Position numbers and translations under genes: made by a program
The notes under the pieces: generated by a model
What the model was told of the DNA's origin: nothing
The model's database searches: none
Seen by the model: the letters and a program-made list of their open reading frames with translations, nothing else
NCBI GenBank assembly: GCA_905250005.1
Contig: CAJNOH010000914.1
Location: 10,375-18,263 of the forward strand
Direction: 5' to 3'
Length of the DNA stretch: 7,889 bases
DNA from: Rotaria sordida
Lineage: Eukaryota
Shown here: positions 7,685 through 7,889 of the stretch, in pieces
Layout of the letters: each line of letters starts with the position of its first letter
Position numbering within the stretch: the stretch's first letter is position 1

Positions 7685-7728
7685 CTGGGTGTGGGTGTGA
7701 GTTAAGAGAATCCCACACTCACACCCAG
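7685..7728. repeat. GT/CA hairpin-capable inverted repeat immediately upstream of the 10-bp satellite
   Basis: TGGGTGTGAGT (7692-7702) is the perfect reverse complement of ACTCACACCCA (7717-7727), with a 14-nt loop. In an alternative register, CTGGGTGTG (7685-7693) pairs with CACACCCAG (7720-7728). Confidence 0.8.
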
Positions 7729-7756
7729 CGACGCCCATACCACAAGGGGGAAAAAT

Positions 7757-7889
7757 CGGAATCCTTGAATCCTGAATTCCTTTGGATTCCAAAGATTCCC
7801 TGTGATTCTTTCGGATTCCAAGGATTCCCTAGGATTCCTTAGGATTCCGTAAGATTCCGTAGGATTCCATAAGATTCCTTAGGATTCCA
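7757..7889. repeat. 10-bp satellite (consensus about AGGATTCCNT), at least 11-13 units, truncated by the window end
   Basis: From 7781 every 10-nt block carries GATTC at the same phase: TTTGGATTCC, AAAGATTCCC, TGTGATTCTT, TCGGATTCCA, AGGATTCCCT, AGGATTCCTT, AGGATTCCGT, AAGATTCCGT, AGGATTCCAT, AAGATTCCTT, AGGATTCCA. The lead-in at 7757-7780 has degenerate GGAATCC/GAATCC/GAATTCC copies. Confidence 0.92.

Noticed and set aside
1-7889. A prokaryotic defence or accessory gene system, as hinted by the task framing.
   Set aside because: There is only one credible CDS, with no operon-like gene packing and no RBS-coupled ORFs. The satellite and microsatellite architecture plus GT-AG intron and AATAAA signals point to a eukaryotic nuclear locus. 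Claiming a protein-encoded system would be unsupported.

Overview
This window looks like eukaryotic nuclear DNA rather than prokaryotic sequence. It is AT-rich, and more than half of it is tandem or inverted repeat arrays. It contains one convincing protein-coding gene, which has a plausible GT-AG intron and a downstream AATAAA. I see no operon, CRISPR array, rRNA or tRNA gene, or recognisable transposase or defence gene, so I do not claim a novel protein-encoded system. From 5' to 3' the window contains: (1) a 51-bp tandem repeat (1-346) built on AGGGTTTAT motifs; (2) a short GT-rich/CA-rich inverted module (347-416); (3) a roughly 2.5-kb satellite of about 62-66-bp monomers with higher-order structure (757-3240); (4) a 42-bp tandem repeat that runs forward (3600-4112), flips head-to-head at about 4113-4130 and continues inverted (4131-4340); (5) a related 42-bp array dense with AAACCC/GGGTTT palindromes (4341-4685), including a 35/36 inverted repeat pair, ending in (CACACC)3; (6) a minus-strand gene for a 309-335 aa coiled-coil protein of unknown family (5449-6456); (7) a GC/G-rich island with G7 and G9 runs, (TGTGGG)6 and an opposing CA-rich arm (6801-7029); (8) another GT/CA hairpin (7685-7728) leading into a 10-bp satellite that runs off the window (7757-7889). 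The most interesting signal is architectural. GGGTGT-type GT/CA modules recur next to otherwise unrelated repeat arrays, there is an array inversion junction, and there are palindromic blocks with telomere-like motifs. This is consistent with a heterochromatin, subtelomere or pericentromere border with one embedded gene. The source organism cannot be determined from the sequence alone. Codon usage and a C-terminal ETSV motif hint weakly at a metazoan, while the GGGTTTA motif matches TTTAGGG-type telomere units.
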